Shown here piece by piece: positions 1 to 16,430 of a DNA stretch of 64,000 bases. Numbering within the stretch: the first letter of the stretch is position 1; each line of letters opens with the position of its first letter. This DNA is from the human T2T-CHM13v2.0 reference genome, Homo sapiens. The stretch is taken from assembly GCF_009914755.1 (NCBI RefSeq), contig NC_060926.1. One strand, written 5' to 3'. The notes under the pieces are model-generated. The model was not told the origin of the DNA. It saw nothing but the letters and a program-made list of their open reading frames with translations, and did not search any database. Both the position numbers and the translations under genes were made by a program.

Positions 1-3000
1 AATCACCAAACAATGCATTTCTCAGAACACAGCCTTGTCATTAAGCAACATGTGATTAAATTTTTAATCCTTCATACATCAATGCGGCCAAATGAGACAG
101 CTTTCTTCCTGGTGCTTTGCAGACATCAGGGGCTGACAGGTTGGAGAACCCAAAGAATATGGAGTGCTTAGGGGAATATATCAGGAGGATGCAGGCTGCC
201 TTGCTTTATTGTAATGGGGAGCCCTGGACACCTGGGCAAGTGGGGAAAAGGGGTACTTAGAAACTGATGGGACACCAAAGAGAAAAGGAGGAAGAAATGT
301 CTGCTTACCCAGGGTCTACACAGGACTACCCTGCCTGGACAGGATGCCACTGTCCACACCTACTACTGTCTCAGGATTGCTTCCTCTTTAGGGTAAAGGA
401 GATGTGAGCAGAAGGCTGACACTAAAGTATGGGACAAAGGAAATGGCAAAGACCATGTGCGATTAGGAGAAAGTTCATTGGGGGACACTTCTTTATTGAA
501 ATCCTAAAAATAGCAAAGAACTAGACTGTGCTTTCACCTGTCACTAGACTGGAAGTTTTAAGCAGACAAAGCCTTGTCTGACTTTGTGCATCACCATATC
601 CCCAGCACCCAGAATAGCGTTAAGAGGTGTGCTCAGCAGGAATTGGTTCGGTGCATGTACACACCAAAGTGCAAGCAGAGGACACCTCAAGACCCTTCTA
701 ATCCCCTCATTTCCTCAAGGCCCAATGATCATGTGTGGCTGCACAGATCTCTTGCTGGAGTTATAAATGGGCTGCTGGAGAAAAGACAAATCCCTCTACG
801 GACCCCACAGCGATGGACTGCTGAGTTCTGCTGTTCCCCAGGGACACTGCCTTCATTAGGCAGCACCTGCTATATGGCCAGCCCATATGTGTCATGTCAG
901 GCAGTCCCACAAGAGGAGGTAGACAATGCACCAACCAACCTTAAGTTTCCCTTAACCAAACCTTCCAATGAGTGGCAGGCTCTGCACCAGAAGACAACAA
1001 ATGGAAATTCTTTGGGGTGCCTTCCACCTTTCATTTTTGAAGCACCACAAGCAAAATGAAACCACTGATATTCTGTGGGACCTGATGCCCCAAGGTAATG
1101 TTTATGGTCATATTTTCAATCTTCCCCTCCCTTCTCATTGAGTTGAGAGGATGAAGTGGCACAGGCAGCAGGGGAGAACCCAGGCATGATTCTGAAGGAA
1201 GGCAGGACAAAGTGAGTGGGCTGGAACCAAAGCATGAAGTTGTACGAAAATATATAGTATGAAGCCTTTAGGTCTTCACAGTTTGCAGAACCATTTTGTC
1301 CACCAAAAACAGCTCTGGATGTAGCCAGCAACACTCCTTCCTAAAGCTCGTCTACACAGATCCAGATGCATGCACCTTGCTGAATGCTGAGCTTACAGTA
1401 AGTCCACAACTAATTCCTGTCCAATTGAGAAACATTTGAATGCAATGATATCTGGATCAATTGAGATCACATATATATGAAGTAGAAAGTTTCTCCTAAT
1501 TCCTGGGTATGCACTTGACCCCTGCCCTATACAGAGAAGGCAAGGCACTAAGCTGGCATTCTAGGCACTGCATCATGAGGGAAAAGCACTGGACAGACTA
1601 CGAGACCAGGGTCTGGTCCCGGATCTCCCTGAGCCATCCTCAGATGGCTTTCAGGGATGTCAGAGGTGAGCATGGAGAAGAGGATCCTGTCTGTCTAGAG
1701 CCAGAGCAGTAAGGTCCCCGGGGGCTGGGAGGTTGTTGCCTCTACATAAAGAACTCGGCCAGCTAAAGTCTCCTCTGAACCAAGCCCACTGTTTGCCTGG
1801 AGAAGTCAGTGTCTTTCCTTTGGGGAGATGAAGGAAACAAAGGAACTGTTTGGAGGGCTTTAGAATGCCACAGCTCACCACTGGTTATTTGGGGGAGGAG
1901 GATGTGCAGGAGCTAAATTTGAGCCCCAGTGTTGCGAACTTCACAAGGGGAAAGAGTTGCTGAAATGCCTGGGGGAAACAGTGTAGGGTTCTGGCCTCCA
2001 TCTGTCTGTTCATACATCTGTCTGATCTGCCTTCCCCTGCTAATTAATTCCCATCTCATCACAGCCACTCTTGGCTCATGAGTCTCTCTCACAGTTTCCC
2101 ATCTAGGTTATTTAGCATTCAAGGATTACATGCTACAAAAATTAGCCACGTTTGAACAAATTAGCTACTTTTATAAGCCCAGGGTCCAAGGGCCATTTCT
2201 ATTAGATTTGGCATAGGCTACAATTTTGCAGAATCTTTTCCCTGAGTTTTTCTGGTGGCAGATGTTGCCTCTTGCAGAGAGATGTAAAATCACTGCTGGC
2301 TCGTCTTCTCCCCAGTGATCCCTCGGCTGCTTTTTAAGGAGGCTTTAATAATGCAAAGGAAGGGAAGGCGGTGCATGCATAAAACACCATGCCACTATCA
2401 GGATGTGCTGCCTTGAAATCAGGCCTGGTGGTTAAAGCAAATGAACCAGTTTTTAGAGGAAGTTTTCTGGTTTGCACTGAGCATGAAGGTTTGGATTGCA
2501 GAGGCTTTTCTGAAGATGCCATCAGACAAGTGCAGGTTTGAGCCAACATCAGCTTATCAAGCGCTGAGTTTAATTTCCTCCCAGCAGCCAGGCCACACAA
2601 ATCATTGCCTGTTGAGGAAGGAAGGAAGGAATGCTTTTGATGTAGCCATTGAAAGTGGTAAGAGTGAATGCAGATTTGGCTGAGTACCTGTTGGCTAACA
2701 AAACATGTTATCAAAAAGGTGTTCTGGGTATGGTAAAATGTATCAAGGATCAGAGGCAATGAGGCAGAAGGGAACGGAAGATTCTATATCTGGATTCCCA
2801 ATTTACAGATTACATAACTGATGTCACTGTGCCACCTGGGAGGGTTTTAATATTGTTAATAATACAGTAAGAGCTGGCGAATTTTCAGAAATGGCTTGCT
2901 GTACTGATAAAGAAAGGATTGCCTTTCTTGTCCCCAAGTCCCAGTGCTTTCCACAGACACACAAAAGCCCACCCCTAGCAGCAGATGAGCAGACTTCATC

Positions 3001-4763
3001 TCTGTTGTCAAGGAAACCAGTCCGTTCTTAGCTCTAGAATTAGAAAGCCTGGGTCTGGCCTCAGCAGTGCCTTCCGCCCACTTCTCCTGCCGGGACCTGC
3101 TATCTCCACCCCCCTCTCCCCGGGGACACTGAAGACCCTTTCTCTAGCAAAATTTCTAGCACATCACTGGAGTTGGGGGCTCTATTAATGGCTCAAACCA
3201 ACCATCGGGTGGGTGCACAGGCCAGATGAACAGACACATGGGGGAAAAATGAGTTTATCTACATAGAAAAGGAAAGGACAATTGGCATGGATCTAGGACA
3301 ATGGCCAAGTGATTGACCCATCTTATATGAATGGCTTAGGGAAGCAGGATTGGCCACTCAGTGCTGGCCCAGCACTTTCTCCCTCTAAAACATCTACCCC
3401 CACCCCTCACCCCCTCAAAGCACACACACATGTTGCTCTAGATGACAAAGGTAGCCCACTGGCATCACCAATGGACCAGACCTGGCACTCTGGCCTGCCC
3501 CAGGGAAGCCTCTTGGGGTAAAAGGCCTTGGTAAAATGCTCCCAGGTCAGGGCACTTAGGGGAGTTAGGGGTAGCACATTGGTCTGGAAGGAGGGAAGAG
3601 AAGACCCCAATGTCACTACTTCTGAGGAAGGGAGAACTGAAATGGAAGAAAGACAGAGGAGTGAGCCAGCCACTGGCAGGAGAGGAGAAAGGATGACCAG
3701 TATCTTTGGGGATATGCTCTGTGGAAGAGGGTGGGCATGAAATTAAAGGGAGCTTGGACATGACACCCATTCAGGACAGTCTTATCCAAAAAACAACCAT
3801 GTGCTTAATTCTCTGAATTCCCCAAGCCGACCACCTCTGTACCCTTTCTGAATTTACCACCATCTAGCTTGCATTGCACCTATTTGAGTAAGTGTGTTAT
3901 CTGTCTTTCTAAACCAAGAGCCCTGAGAGATCAAGTTCTGGCCCATCTTTCTATTTCCCATAGCCCTGGAAGAACTTGTGTGTACTAGGGGCTAGTGAGG
4001 ATTTGTCTTCATGAGTGAATCCTTATTTTAGACACTGTGAAATCACCTACAGAAAGTGTTCAGAATTTTGAAATAATTATGAGGAAAAAAAATGTTAAAC
4101 TGTTATCTCGAAAATTTCAAACAGTATTAGTTCGATTTTCACTTTTCCTAGTGCTTTTTCCAACTGTCACAGTTATTATAATTGCTTTATTATTATTATT
4201 AATGATGATGGTGATTGTTTTTTTGTCAGCACAGGAAGGTACAGTGAGACACCCAAACAGAGAAAAGAAGGGGAAAAAAAAGAGTGCCCTCTGAATGAAA
4301 CCCTGTGAACACACAGGATGTTTGCAGGCAGAGATTTGCATAATGATTAAGTGAAAAGAAAATGACTCCTCAGCTACTTGGACTAGATGTTAATCTGACA
4401 GTATTAGCACATCAAAACTCCATCACATGGGGGGCACAGTTCGCACAACCCAAATTTAAAGTATCTCAAGTTTTTTTTGCTAGAATTTCTCAAACACTCC
4501 AGGGGAGCTTTTAAAAATTTCCCTTTTGCTGCACCCACATACACAGCTACCTCCATGCCTTTTTCCTCAAACCTCGACCTCCACACCCCTAAAATTTCCT
4601 CTGCCCCAGCCTGCTTGCTCTGCCTGCTTTCCCTCCTCCCTCTTTCCTAACAAACTCAGTGTCATTGTGCAAATGTAAAACCTCATTCCACATATTCTTC
4701 CTTGATCCCCACACCCATGTTCACCTCTCCTTCCAAGCCCAGTCTCTATCTCTATTCCCCCGC

Positions 4764-5054
4764 TTTTTTTTTTTTGCTTTTCTTTCTTTTGAGATGGAGT
4801 TTCACTCCGTCGCCCAGGCTGGAGTGCAGTGGCGTGATCTTGGCTCACTGCAACCTCCGCCTCCTGGGTTCAAACAATTCTGCCTTAGGTGCCCGCAGCC
4901 ATGCCCGGCTTTTTTTTTTTTTTTTTTTTTTTTTAGTAAAGATGGGGTTTCACCATGTTGGCCAGGCTGGTTTTGAACCCCTGACCTCAAATAATCTGCC
5001 TGCCTTGGCCTCCCAAAGTGCTGAGATTACAGGCATGAGCCGCCACACACAGCC
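4764..5054 (-). mobile_element. Alu (S-type) with internal deletion and expanded middle A-tract
   Basis: Alu consensus blocks. The CTCAGCCTCCCGAGTAGCTGGGA segment is missing. Flanks are TTCCCCC(G/A)CTTT. Confidence 0.9.
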
Positions 5055-5930
5055 CATGTTCCCCCACTTTCCATCGCAGAAGCCTGACCAGGCAGTCATG
5101 CCATTCCCCCATCAGGAGGGCACAACAGGGCAAGGGAAGAAGCCCTATACTCAAATCCAGAGTCTCTAACTGCCGGGGGTGGGGGGCAGAAAGGCTGAGA
5201 ACAATCAGATAGAGGGTATGACCTGTCTCCCATCACATAAAGACTATGTCACAAAGGAGAACTGGACAGGTATGATGGCATAAAGGAGAGAGTCAAAGAG
5301 GTACTAGTTGGATTGGCACTGGATTAAGGGCTGAGCCAGCTAGGCAGAAGCCTGGAGTCCTAATCATCAAGTAGTGTTAAAATGTCATCAGCATAAAGGA
5401 GAAACACAGCACCGGTTAACTGGGATTTCTGGATATGACTTCTCACATGGTGACAACATTTAAACTGGTTCTGTTCCTATTGAGTAGACAGAAAACTTAT
5501 GATAGCTCCTCACCTGTACTGACTTAGAATTTTTAAGTATTTTTGCAAAATGACCCTCCAGGTTTCATGGTATAAGCATGACAGTCCCCTGAAGTCTGCC
5601 ACAACATTCAGTTGAAATTTCTAAACCAAGTAAGACATGACACAGGACACAGTGCTTTGTACTGAGATAAGTTATTTAGCTTACTACATAACTTCTAGAA
5701 CTTTTCATATACTTTTCAAGAAGCTGCCTAGTTCAGAAGATCTTATTAATGGTTTCTGAAGAGAAATCTATTTTTCCTCACACTGTATTGGACATAATGA
5801 GAATCTATTTCTCCCCACTGTGTTGCTGTTTTTTTTTTTTTAAGTTGAATGAATGCTCGAATAATATGAGCTTGGAGGTAAGCAGAATCATTAGTCCAGG
5901 AGAGAAGGAGGGAGCATCTATTATAAAAAG

Positions 5931-6798
5931 GAAAAAACAAACAACCCCATCAAAAAGTGGGTGAAGGATATGAACAGACACTTCTCAAAAGAAGACATTT
6001 ATGCAGCCAACAGACACATGAAAAAATGCTCATCATCAATGGCCATCAGAGAAATGCAAATCAAAACCACAATGAGATACCATCTCACACCAGTTAGAAT
6101 GGCGATCATTAAAAAGTCAGGAAACAACAGGTGCTGGTGAGGATGTGGAGAAATAGGAACACTTTTACACTGTTGGTGGGACTGTAAACTAGTTCAACCA
6201 TTGCGGAAGACAGTGTGGCGATTCCTCAAGGATCTAGAACTAGAAATACCATTTGACCCAGCCATCCCATTACTGGGTATATACCCAAAGGATTATAAAT
6301 CATACTGCTATAAAGGCACATGCACAAGTATGTTTATTGTGGCACTATTCACAATAGCAAAGGCTTGGAACCAACCCAAATGTCCATCAATGATAGACTG
6401 GATTAAGAAAATGTGGCACATATACACAATGGAATACTATGCAGCCATAAAAAAGGATGAGTTCATATCCTTTGTAGGGACATGGATGAAGCTGGAAACC
6501 ATCATTCTCAGCAGACTATCGCAAGGACAAAAAACCAAACACTGCATGTTCTCACTCATAGGTGGGAATTGAACAATGAGAACACTTGGACACAGGAAGG
6601 GGAACATCACACACCGGGGCCTGTCATGGGGTGGGGGGAGGGAGGAGGGATAGCATTAGGAGATATACCTAATGTAAATGACGAGTTAATGGGTGCAGCA
6701 CACCAACATGGCGCATGTATACATATGTAACAAACCTGCACATTGTGCACATGTACCCTAGAACTTAAAGTATAATAAAAATAAATAAATTTAAAAAA
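5931..6798 (+). mobile_element. L1PA 5'-truncated 3' end (ORF2 C-terminus, 3'UTR, A tail)
   Basis: ORF 6201..6572 matches the L1 ORF2 C-terminus (WRFLKDLELEIPFDPAIPLLGIYP). G-rich 3'UTR and AATAAA tail. Confidence 0.95.
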
Positions 6799-7877
6799 GA
6801 GGCTTGATACTGTTTTGAAACATTCAATTCATCCAAGTCCCCCTGTTCTGATTCCATCTCCCAAAAAATTCTTCTGATTGTGATTCAGCTTCTCACATTC
6901 ACATGAGGCCAAAGGAGCACAAGTCATGGGTAAAACACTACAGCCTGCCCCTGATCTTCACTACCACTCTTTAGAGTGGAAATTACTATCCCCCTTTTAT
7001 AGAAAAGGAAACTGAGACCCAGTGAGTTTCAGCAACTTGCTCAGGAGCACACAGCCAATAAGTGGCAGAGCTGAACAATGGATCTGGGTTCATCTGATTT
7101 CAAAGCCCAGTACACCATGAGGCCTCGTGTTGTTTCTGCAGCTTGTTTAATTCTTAAAATAAATTAAACACTACTTGGGAGACATATCTATAAACAAAAC
7201 AAAAATCCAATAAGGGAAGAACAGGATGTTCAAATGATTATAAATATCCTAAGAAATTCCAGTTCAGGATGCTGTCTGGCTAGTGATCCATGAGTCAACC
7301 TCACCTAACTTTTCACTAAAAACCAACGTCAATTCACACACAAAATTAGATCATAACACATAAGAACTTCAAAAATGAAGACTGACAATTAGCCTAGGGC
7401 CAGAATGATGAATGATCATTTACTCATCGAGATCTATGAGACTGAAAAGAGAAGCATGAAGAGGGATTCATATAGGCACTTGTCTTTGCTACTTGGAGGA
7501 GAGAAAGCTAATCAGCTGAAAGATAAAGCTTTATTCCACCCTCACTGCCTGCCTGCCTCCTAGCTCAGGGTCTGTACCCTCCAGAAAAGTGAGCAACCTT
7601 CCCACTGTGATATGGAAGCTACTCCTTGAGAGGCCACAGCCATTTCACACCTGTATTGCCTCATGCTTCATCTGTACCAGGACCGCAGTGCTGGTCATGC
7701 AACATGGCCAGGGACAGATGTGGATTCCAATGCTGTATTGCAGCCAGAGATTTGAAGACACACATAAAAAGTGCCTGTGACAGGATGGGTGTGGGAGTCA
7801 GACAAAATCCACCTCTAGGCTACTTGTAAAGAGATGTATCTATGATCAAGTCATAAAATATTACTTAAAATAATTAG

Positions 7878-9100
<1,223 letters not shown>

Positions 9101-9112
9101 TAAAATAATTAG

Positions 9113-9660
9113 ATCAATAAATATGCACCAGGAAAAAATAAACAAACTATGGCTTATGATATTTATATCAGAGACAATAAAAGTTAAGGTTAAAAGCTCT
9201 AAGTGATTCAAAATATTTTTATATTTGAAAAAAGTAAACCCCATAATGAAAGTATCCTATTGAACAATTATGTACTAAATAACATAGCACTGGACTATAT
9301 ATGTAAAGCAAAAACTGTTGAGAATCAGTAAGAAAATAACAGGATCATAATAATAATGGATTACTTTAATATGCTTTTCAGTCCTTGACAAAGAGGCTTA
9401 AAAAAGAGGATAGGAGAATACAAGAAACCTGAATCGGTTGACTAATTAGACTTAAAGGTATCCCTCCTCACTATCCACAATCTCACAATACAAACAGAAA
9501 CCTAATAGATTTGGGTGGCAAAAATTACATTATAGTAAGCAATTTCACTGCAAGCATGCAGAGCAGAGTAAAATGCTGGTTAAAAACAAAACACCTCAGC
9601 TAACAATTTCTTCATTCTAGGAGAAGCATCATTTATCCTCAGGGAGATGGCAGAGTTTTT
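9113..9660 (+). mobile_element. Ancient L1M relic (endonuclease region)
   Basis: A-rich degenerate similarity to the 5' part of L1 ORF2 (e.g. ATAATAATGGATTACTTTAATA). Confidence 0.5.
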
Positions 9661-9731
9661 GTTGTCTTGTTTTTTGTGGGGATTTTTTTGTTTGTTTGTT
9701 TGCTTTTTGTTGTTTTTGTGTGTGTGTCTAA

Positions 9732-10088
<357 letters not shown>

Positions 10089-10538
10089 TGAAAAGTGAGT
10101 TCCTGCTCCTTTGTCAAATTTCACAAATCTTGATGTGGGAGAGGATGATTTAAAAAAAGAAATGATAAATTGCCCTGCAGAGAAAGTTACCAAATATCAG
10201 CAGTGGGAAAATAATGGGAGACGGAAAGAGAGTCAGGAGCATCAAGACAAGAACACGGCAAAGAACAGTAGCTTATAGAAAGAAACAGCCAGTGAGAAAC
10301 TCCCTGTAACAGTGAATGATCAATAAATTTTGAGAATTACTGACATCTGACATTGAATTTAAAAGTTGTTTACAGCCTTACACTATAATTACCTTCTGAT
10401 ATGCCCAATCCTTTGATTAAGAGTCTGATGTGCAGAAGAGCTTCGTGTTAGTGGTGCTCTGGGAGAATAAAGGAGAAAGGACAGTGAGAGCAAATGTATT
10501 AACGAAGAGGGCAGCTCCTTTGGGAGGCAAGCTTTTAA

Positions 10539-10905
10539 GTGTGATGGATGCTATTGTTCACCAGTATATGTTTCCTCTCTACTTTGGCGTACAGGAGAAG
10601 ATGACATTTCCCCACCACATTCCAGGTCAGCATTCCCATACGTATTTTTCTAGTCAATAAAATATGAACAAACGTTCTTCTGGGAAGAAGCATGTTAAAG
10701 CCTTCCTCCTGCTGCAGTCACCAGCAATTTCCAGATGATGACAACTCCATCAGCTAAATCTCTGAGTAAGGAAGACATGGGACAGGACCCACACACACAC
10801 TGAAACTCAATGGACATGCAACAGGAGCAAGAGATAAATTTCTGTTGTGTTCAGCCACTGAAATCATATGGTGTCTTGGTACTGCAGTATAGGTTGGCCT
10901 GTTGT
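10539..10905 (+). mobile_element. MLT1-family MaLR LTR (old)
   Basis: Typical 3' part GAGATAAATTTCTGTTGTGTTCAGCCACTGA. Confidence 0.6.
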
Positions 10906-11039
10906 GATCAGCAGCCTCGGTCACAATACCAGCTCCTCCCCCACACATCCCACCCAGCTGTGGGCTCCCAGGCAAATCCATTAACCAATTTTGACATTTC
11001 TCTAATCAATAATAAAATGAAGATGTTGGACTGGATTTG

Positions 11040-12710
11040 AAGTTTTCAAACTGTGTTCCAAGAACCTGGAAGTTTCCAAGAGGTACATCAGGGATTCTAC
11101 AAGCATTTGATCCAATCTGTTTTAACTATTTAAAAGGCCATTATATACTACACCTTTAATATTCCTAATTCAAATACATCTGAGACTACCAATACCTTGT
11201 GCTAATTCTTCTTTTCCTTGACGTCAGAATAAAGCTTCCCTGCCTATGCAGATTTAAGAACTACCCAAAACATGTTTTTGGTTAAGAAAGTGCTATTTCT
11301 GAGCTAGTTATTTTTTAGAGAGTAAAACCCATTTGTGTCTGCTCACATGAAAATGTATAATCAAGTACATTACCAGAGAAAATATTCACTGGGCCCAGTG
11401 ACACACCAGAAACAGCTCAGCTACATCTGCTTGGAATCAGCTCTTGACAAGGCAGAACTAAGTTGTAGGTGTTCTTAGCTAACTTTTAATATTTATACAT
11501 ATTATTTATTTTAGATGAAGTGAAATCATTTCCCTTAAAAAAAGAAATGGACTGCTGGTTGAAGAACAGGAATTCTAAAAGAAAATATGACGATATCTGC
11601 AATCAAAGTGATGGAGCTCAAGGTGAAACATCAAGTCAGGCTCAACTGGTACCTATTGATTCTTCAACTCTTGTTGCCTATAGAACAACAGTGAATGAAA
11701 TAAGAGGAATGCCGCAAAGAAAACAAAGTACTGTAGCCATTATCTGTCTTTGGGGCTGACCTTTTAGGGCAATACAATCCACTCAAGTCCTTGATGTGCT
11801 CTGTATGTATAAATCTGGCAAAAGAGTTCTATGTTCCCTGCCATAGAACACCATTTGAACAGCACCTAGGGAGCCTACAAATGAGGTCCCTGGCTATACT
11901 TACATACATCTTAATGTTATGTTTTTTTAAGTTATGTGATATTTAAGTTTGTCAATGTATGTTTAACTTTGCCCATGAGGGAAAAATATACACTCTCTTT
12001 GAAAATCTTATTAAATCCTATCCTATGGATCCTATGTTACAGATGTGTTAAGTGAGAATCTTGCTTCAAAAATATTAGTACTGCTGTTGCATAGCACAGT
12101 CCACTCAAGAATCCAAGACTGTATTTAATGAATTAGCTAAGGAGGTCAAAATTATCACAGCAAAGTCACATCTTATGATAGACTGGTCAGCGTCCATAGC
12201 CTGTCAGTACGGTCAATATTGGCTGGAGTCAAAATTATCATTGAACATCTCCTCAGTGGACATGAGGAATAGGGCATGGCTCTCCATGTATCACCCCACA
12301 CAGTACTGTGCATGTGTAATTGGATAATACATACAGTAGCATATGACTCATAAAAGGACATGTGCAAAATATAATTTGGTTGTATTTTTACTCCACTTCT
12401 CTGAGAGCTGGATTACCATGAAAGAAATGTGAGCATAAGGCACCTCTGGTCGAAAGGAAAAGTTCAGCATTTCACAGAGGAAGAGGCAGCGTCTTATGGC
12501 TGTCTCCTCTCTCCAGGCTGCTTTGTATGTTACCACCAGTCAGGTAATTTATTAGGGACAATATCTGCTTCAAAACACTTAACAGTGGGAGAAGAAGAGA
12601 AGAAAATGCTCTTTCTTCTCAACAAGTGTGTAACATTTCAAAGAAGTTTGTAAAATTCTGAAATACTTGCCAGGTCTATTTAAAAATAAATCTGGTTTGA
12701 AAAACCTAGA
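11040..12710 (+). mobile_element. Probable hAT-Charlie DNA transposon relic
   Basis: Degenerate termini GTTTTCAAAC ... GTTTGAAAAAC. Internal MDCWLK...KRKYDD resembles Buster/Charlie transposase N-termini. Confidence 0.4.
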
Positions 12711-14056
12711 GTAGAGGCTTCCTGGAAGCTGTGGCTATACTGTATTTAAAGTCATCAAGTCTTGTAAGGAAAAACAAGAGTCAACAATGAAATAGGAAGA
12801 AAAAAGTGTTCCAGGCCAGATTACTATAGCAGGTACAAAGGTCCTGTGGTAGATCAGAGCATACAGAGCATGAGGAATTAAAGGAAGGCCAGTGTGGCCA
12901 GAGCAGAGCTGAGAAGCCTAGAGGGGACAGCAGGGATGACACATGGCAGCCAAATCATGCTAGGTCATAGCCATCCAGTCAGCCATTTACTCATTTGTTC
13001 ATCAATCAAATACTTATCTTCTATGTGTCAGACACTGTTCCTGGTGCCAGGGGAAATACAGGAGTAAACAGGCCAGGTAAGGAGCTTATTTTTAGTGTTT
13101 ACATCCTAAATGGATAATACATCCTACACTCTTAAAACTCAGAGTAATAAGAACTATGACAAGAATTAAAATAGGGCAACATAGTCACCATTTGGTAACC
13201 ACCATGGAAATAATTGGAATTGGCAAAATTTGAATAAACCCTATAGATTAGATAGTAGGATTGTACCAATGTTAATTGCCTGGTTTATGAAAGGTTTGTC
13301 GATGTTAATTGTCTAGTTTACAATTACCAAAAATTGTATTGGGCAATTATGTAACAGAATGTCTTTGTTTTCAGGAAACACACATTGAAGTATTTATTAT
13401 AGCATGATATCTGCACTTCATTCAAACGGTTCTGAACTAAATTGTGTGTTATGTGTTTGTATAGCTGTATGTGTGGACAATACATACAGACATGCTGGGA
13501 CAGGGAGAAAAAGGGAAAATGACCTCTGAAGAGGTGGAAGGCTGAGATATAAATGACATGAAAGGGCATTCCTAGTGCAGGGAACAGCTAATGTAAGGCT
13601 CGAAAGCTAGACAGCATTTGATGAGTTGAAGGAGCTGAAAGAAGTCCATTGTGGCTGAAGCTGAGTGGCAAAGGGTAAGGTCTATGAGATTCGAGCACAG
13701 AGGAATTCTGCCTTTTTTCTAAGAATAATGGGAAACATTAATGGGCTTTAAATGGAGGATAGCAAGGTCCCATTTTCATATTGAATGCTCACACTGAAAA
13801 ATAGAATAGGGGATGGGTCACTAGTGGGCGTGTGGGGGTCAGTTAGAGGCAGCAGCAGATGTTCAGGTGGGGAAGACCGGGCTTGGAATCAGGGCCTGGG
13901 GGAGCTGGAGAACAGTGGATAGGCTTCGGATGTTTAGGAGACAAAAACAAACAAAACAAAACACAGGACTTGGTGGTGACTTGAATGTACCTCTAATTGT
14001 CTTCTTTCGAGCATTGGATCAGTTAATGGAACTGAACTTAAGATTTCAAGGTGAAC

Positions 14057-14427
<371 letters not shown>

Positions 14428-16059
14428 TTATTCCCACACTCCTTTCTGGACAGTACCACAAAGTACAGAATCAGAGGAGAGGGAACAAGTTAAGATGTGA
14501 GAGGAGGGCTTCAGAGTGTGAACATTGTACTTAGATGTGAAGGGGTTGGTCTCTTCCTGAGATGCAGGCCGCCTCTCTGAGGTTCACAGTGTTTCTAACA
14601 TCCCCACACAAAACAGAAAAATGGCACGTGCTGGGAAAGCAGGAGGGGCAGGAGATCTCCATCCAAAGCCAGACTATAGCCTCACCAAAAACCCTCCCAG
14701 GAGAGCAGCTAGGAACAGTAGATTGCTTGCCCCTCTTTCCTGAGAAAGCACAGCAGATGCTTTTTATATAATGTCCAATTACTCCAAGGAATGTCACCAT
14801 CTTTATGATTAATGAGTTTATATACTCAGGGACATATGTGAGGTGGTATCCAAGGACAACAAAAGACCCTGCAGAGAGGAGATAAATTGAGTCCAACCCC
14901 TGTAGCCAACAGTTAGAGAAACAGATTAATTGTATGTATTACATAAATATCACTCAATGTAAGTTATTGTCAAAATAAGGACTGTTTTTATCTAAATTCA
15001 CTGTGAAACAAATCTATTTTGAAAACCTACAGGTTATGGAAATGACAGGGAAAAGTTGTAAATAATAGATATCCCTTTTTCAGAACTCAATAATGAGCTA
15101 GGGAGACTGTCGTTATGATAATGACTTGTAAAATAGCACCCAATAAATAAAATACCTTTTGTGATTAAAGGGATTCTTCCAAGAAGGAATCGAACCAAGC
15201 AAGAATATTCCAACTTGCTTTGTAAGGCCCAGCTCAAATGTCAACCCCTTTGTGAGATTTTCTCTGATCTCTGGAGCAGAATTAATAGGCCTCTTCTATG
15301 AGCTCTGAGGGCGCTCATCAGTGGGTGGTGGAATTATTTACCATGGTAAATCTCTCGAATAGTTCTCTTTGATTACAGTACCTAGCATACTACTCAGCTT
15401 CCTTTTCCTTTTGGAGCTTTAAAGAATATGCAAACATTAAAAGCATCAGCAGTAGTACAGCTTGCAGCTGCTAATACTTATGGAACATTCATGGGACCAG
15501 GCACTAACTCCAAGCATTAACCCTTTAGTCCCCACAATAACCTTACTGAAGTAGGTACCACCAAGATGAGGAAACAGTAGGAGAGGTGAGTAGACATGTG
15601 CAAGTTCCCATTGCTAGTACTTGGGGGCAATTAGGATTCTAACTCACGCAGTCTGACTCTACCACTTCCCCAATAGGGTAGGATGGGAAAACACTGGGCC
15701 GGGAGGGAAAACAATTGGAGTCAAGTTTGTATTTATTAGTTTGTCAGCTGTGTAGCCCTAGGATACTCACTGAGTCCACTGGCCTCTAGGATTTCTCTGC
15801 CTCCTCAGAATTCAGGTCTCATCCACACTCTGGCAAGATAGCAACAGCCCCCATGCCTGGCCTTCCCACCACTGACCCACAGCCTGGGCCTGCCAGGTTA
15901 GCATCTGAGCCAAATGTTTTTGGATAGATTTACTTAGGCATCATTGTTATCCAAATGTCTACTCTTCTCACAGTTTTTGAAAACTGGGCTAAGTGCTGAG
16001 AGACAGCAAAGATTTAGCAAATGGTCCCTGCACTCCAGGAGCTAACAGTCCAATATGGA

Positions 16060-16362
<303 letters not shown>

Positions 16363-16430
16363 TAAGAGTCCAATATGGATTTAAACAAGAAAGCTGAACC
16401 TCAAGATTACAATCCAGAGCTGTATGGTAA

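Noticed and set aside
574-1059. 161-aa + strand ORF
   Set aside because: Non-ATG (TTG) start, begins in repeat-like sequence, no recognisable homology.
4659-5169. Alu-derived ORFs here and at other Alus
   Set aside because: Standard translations of Alu consensus, not genes.
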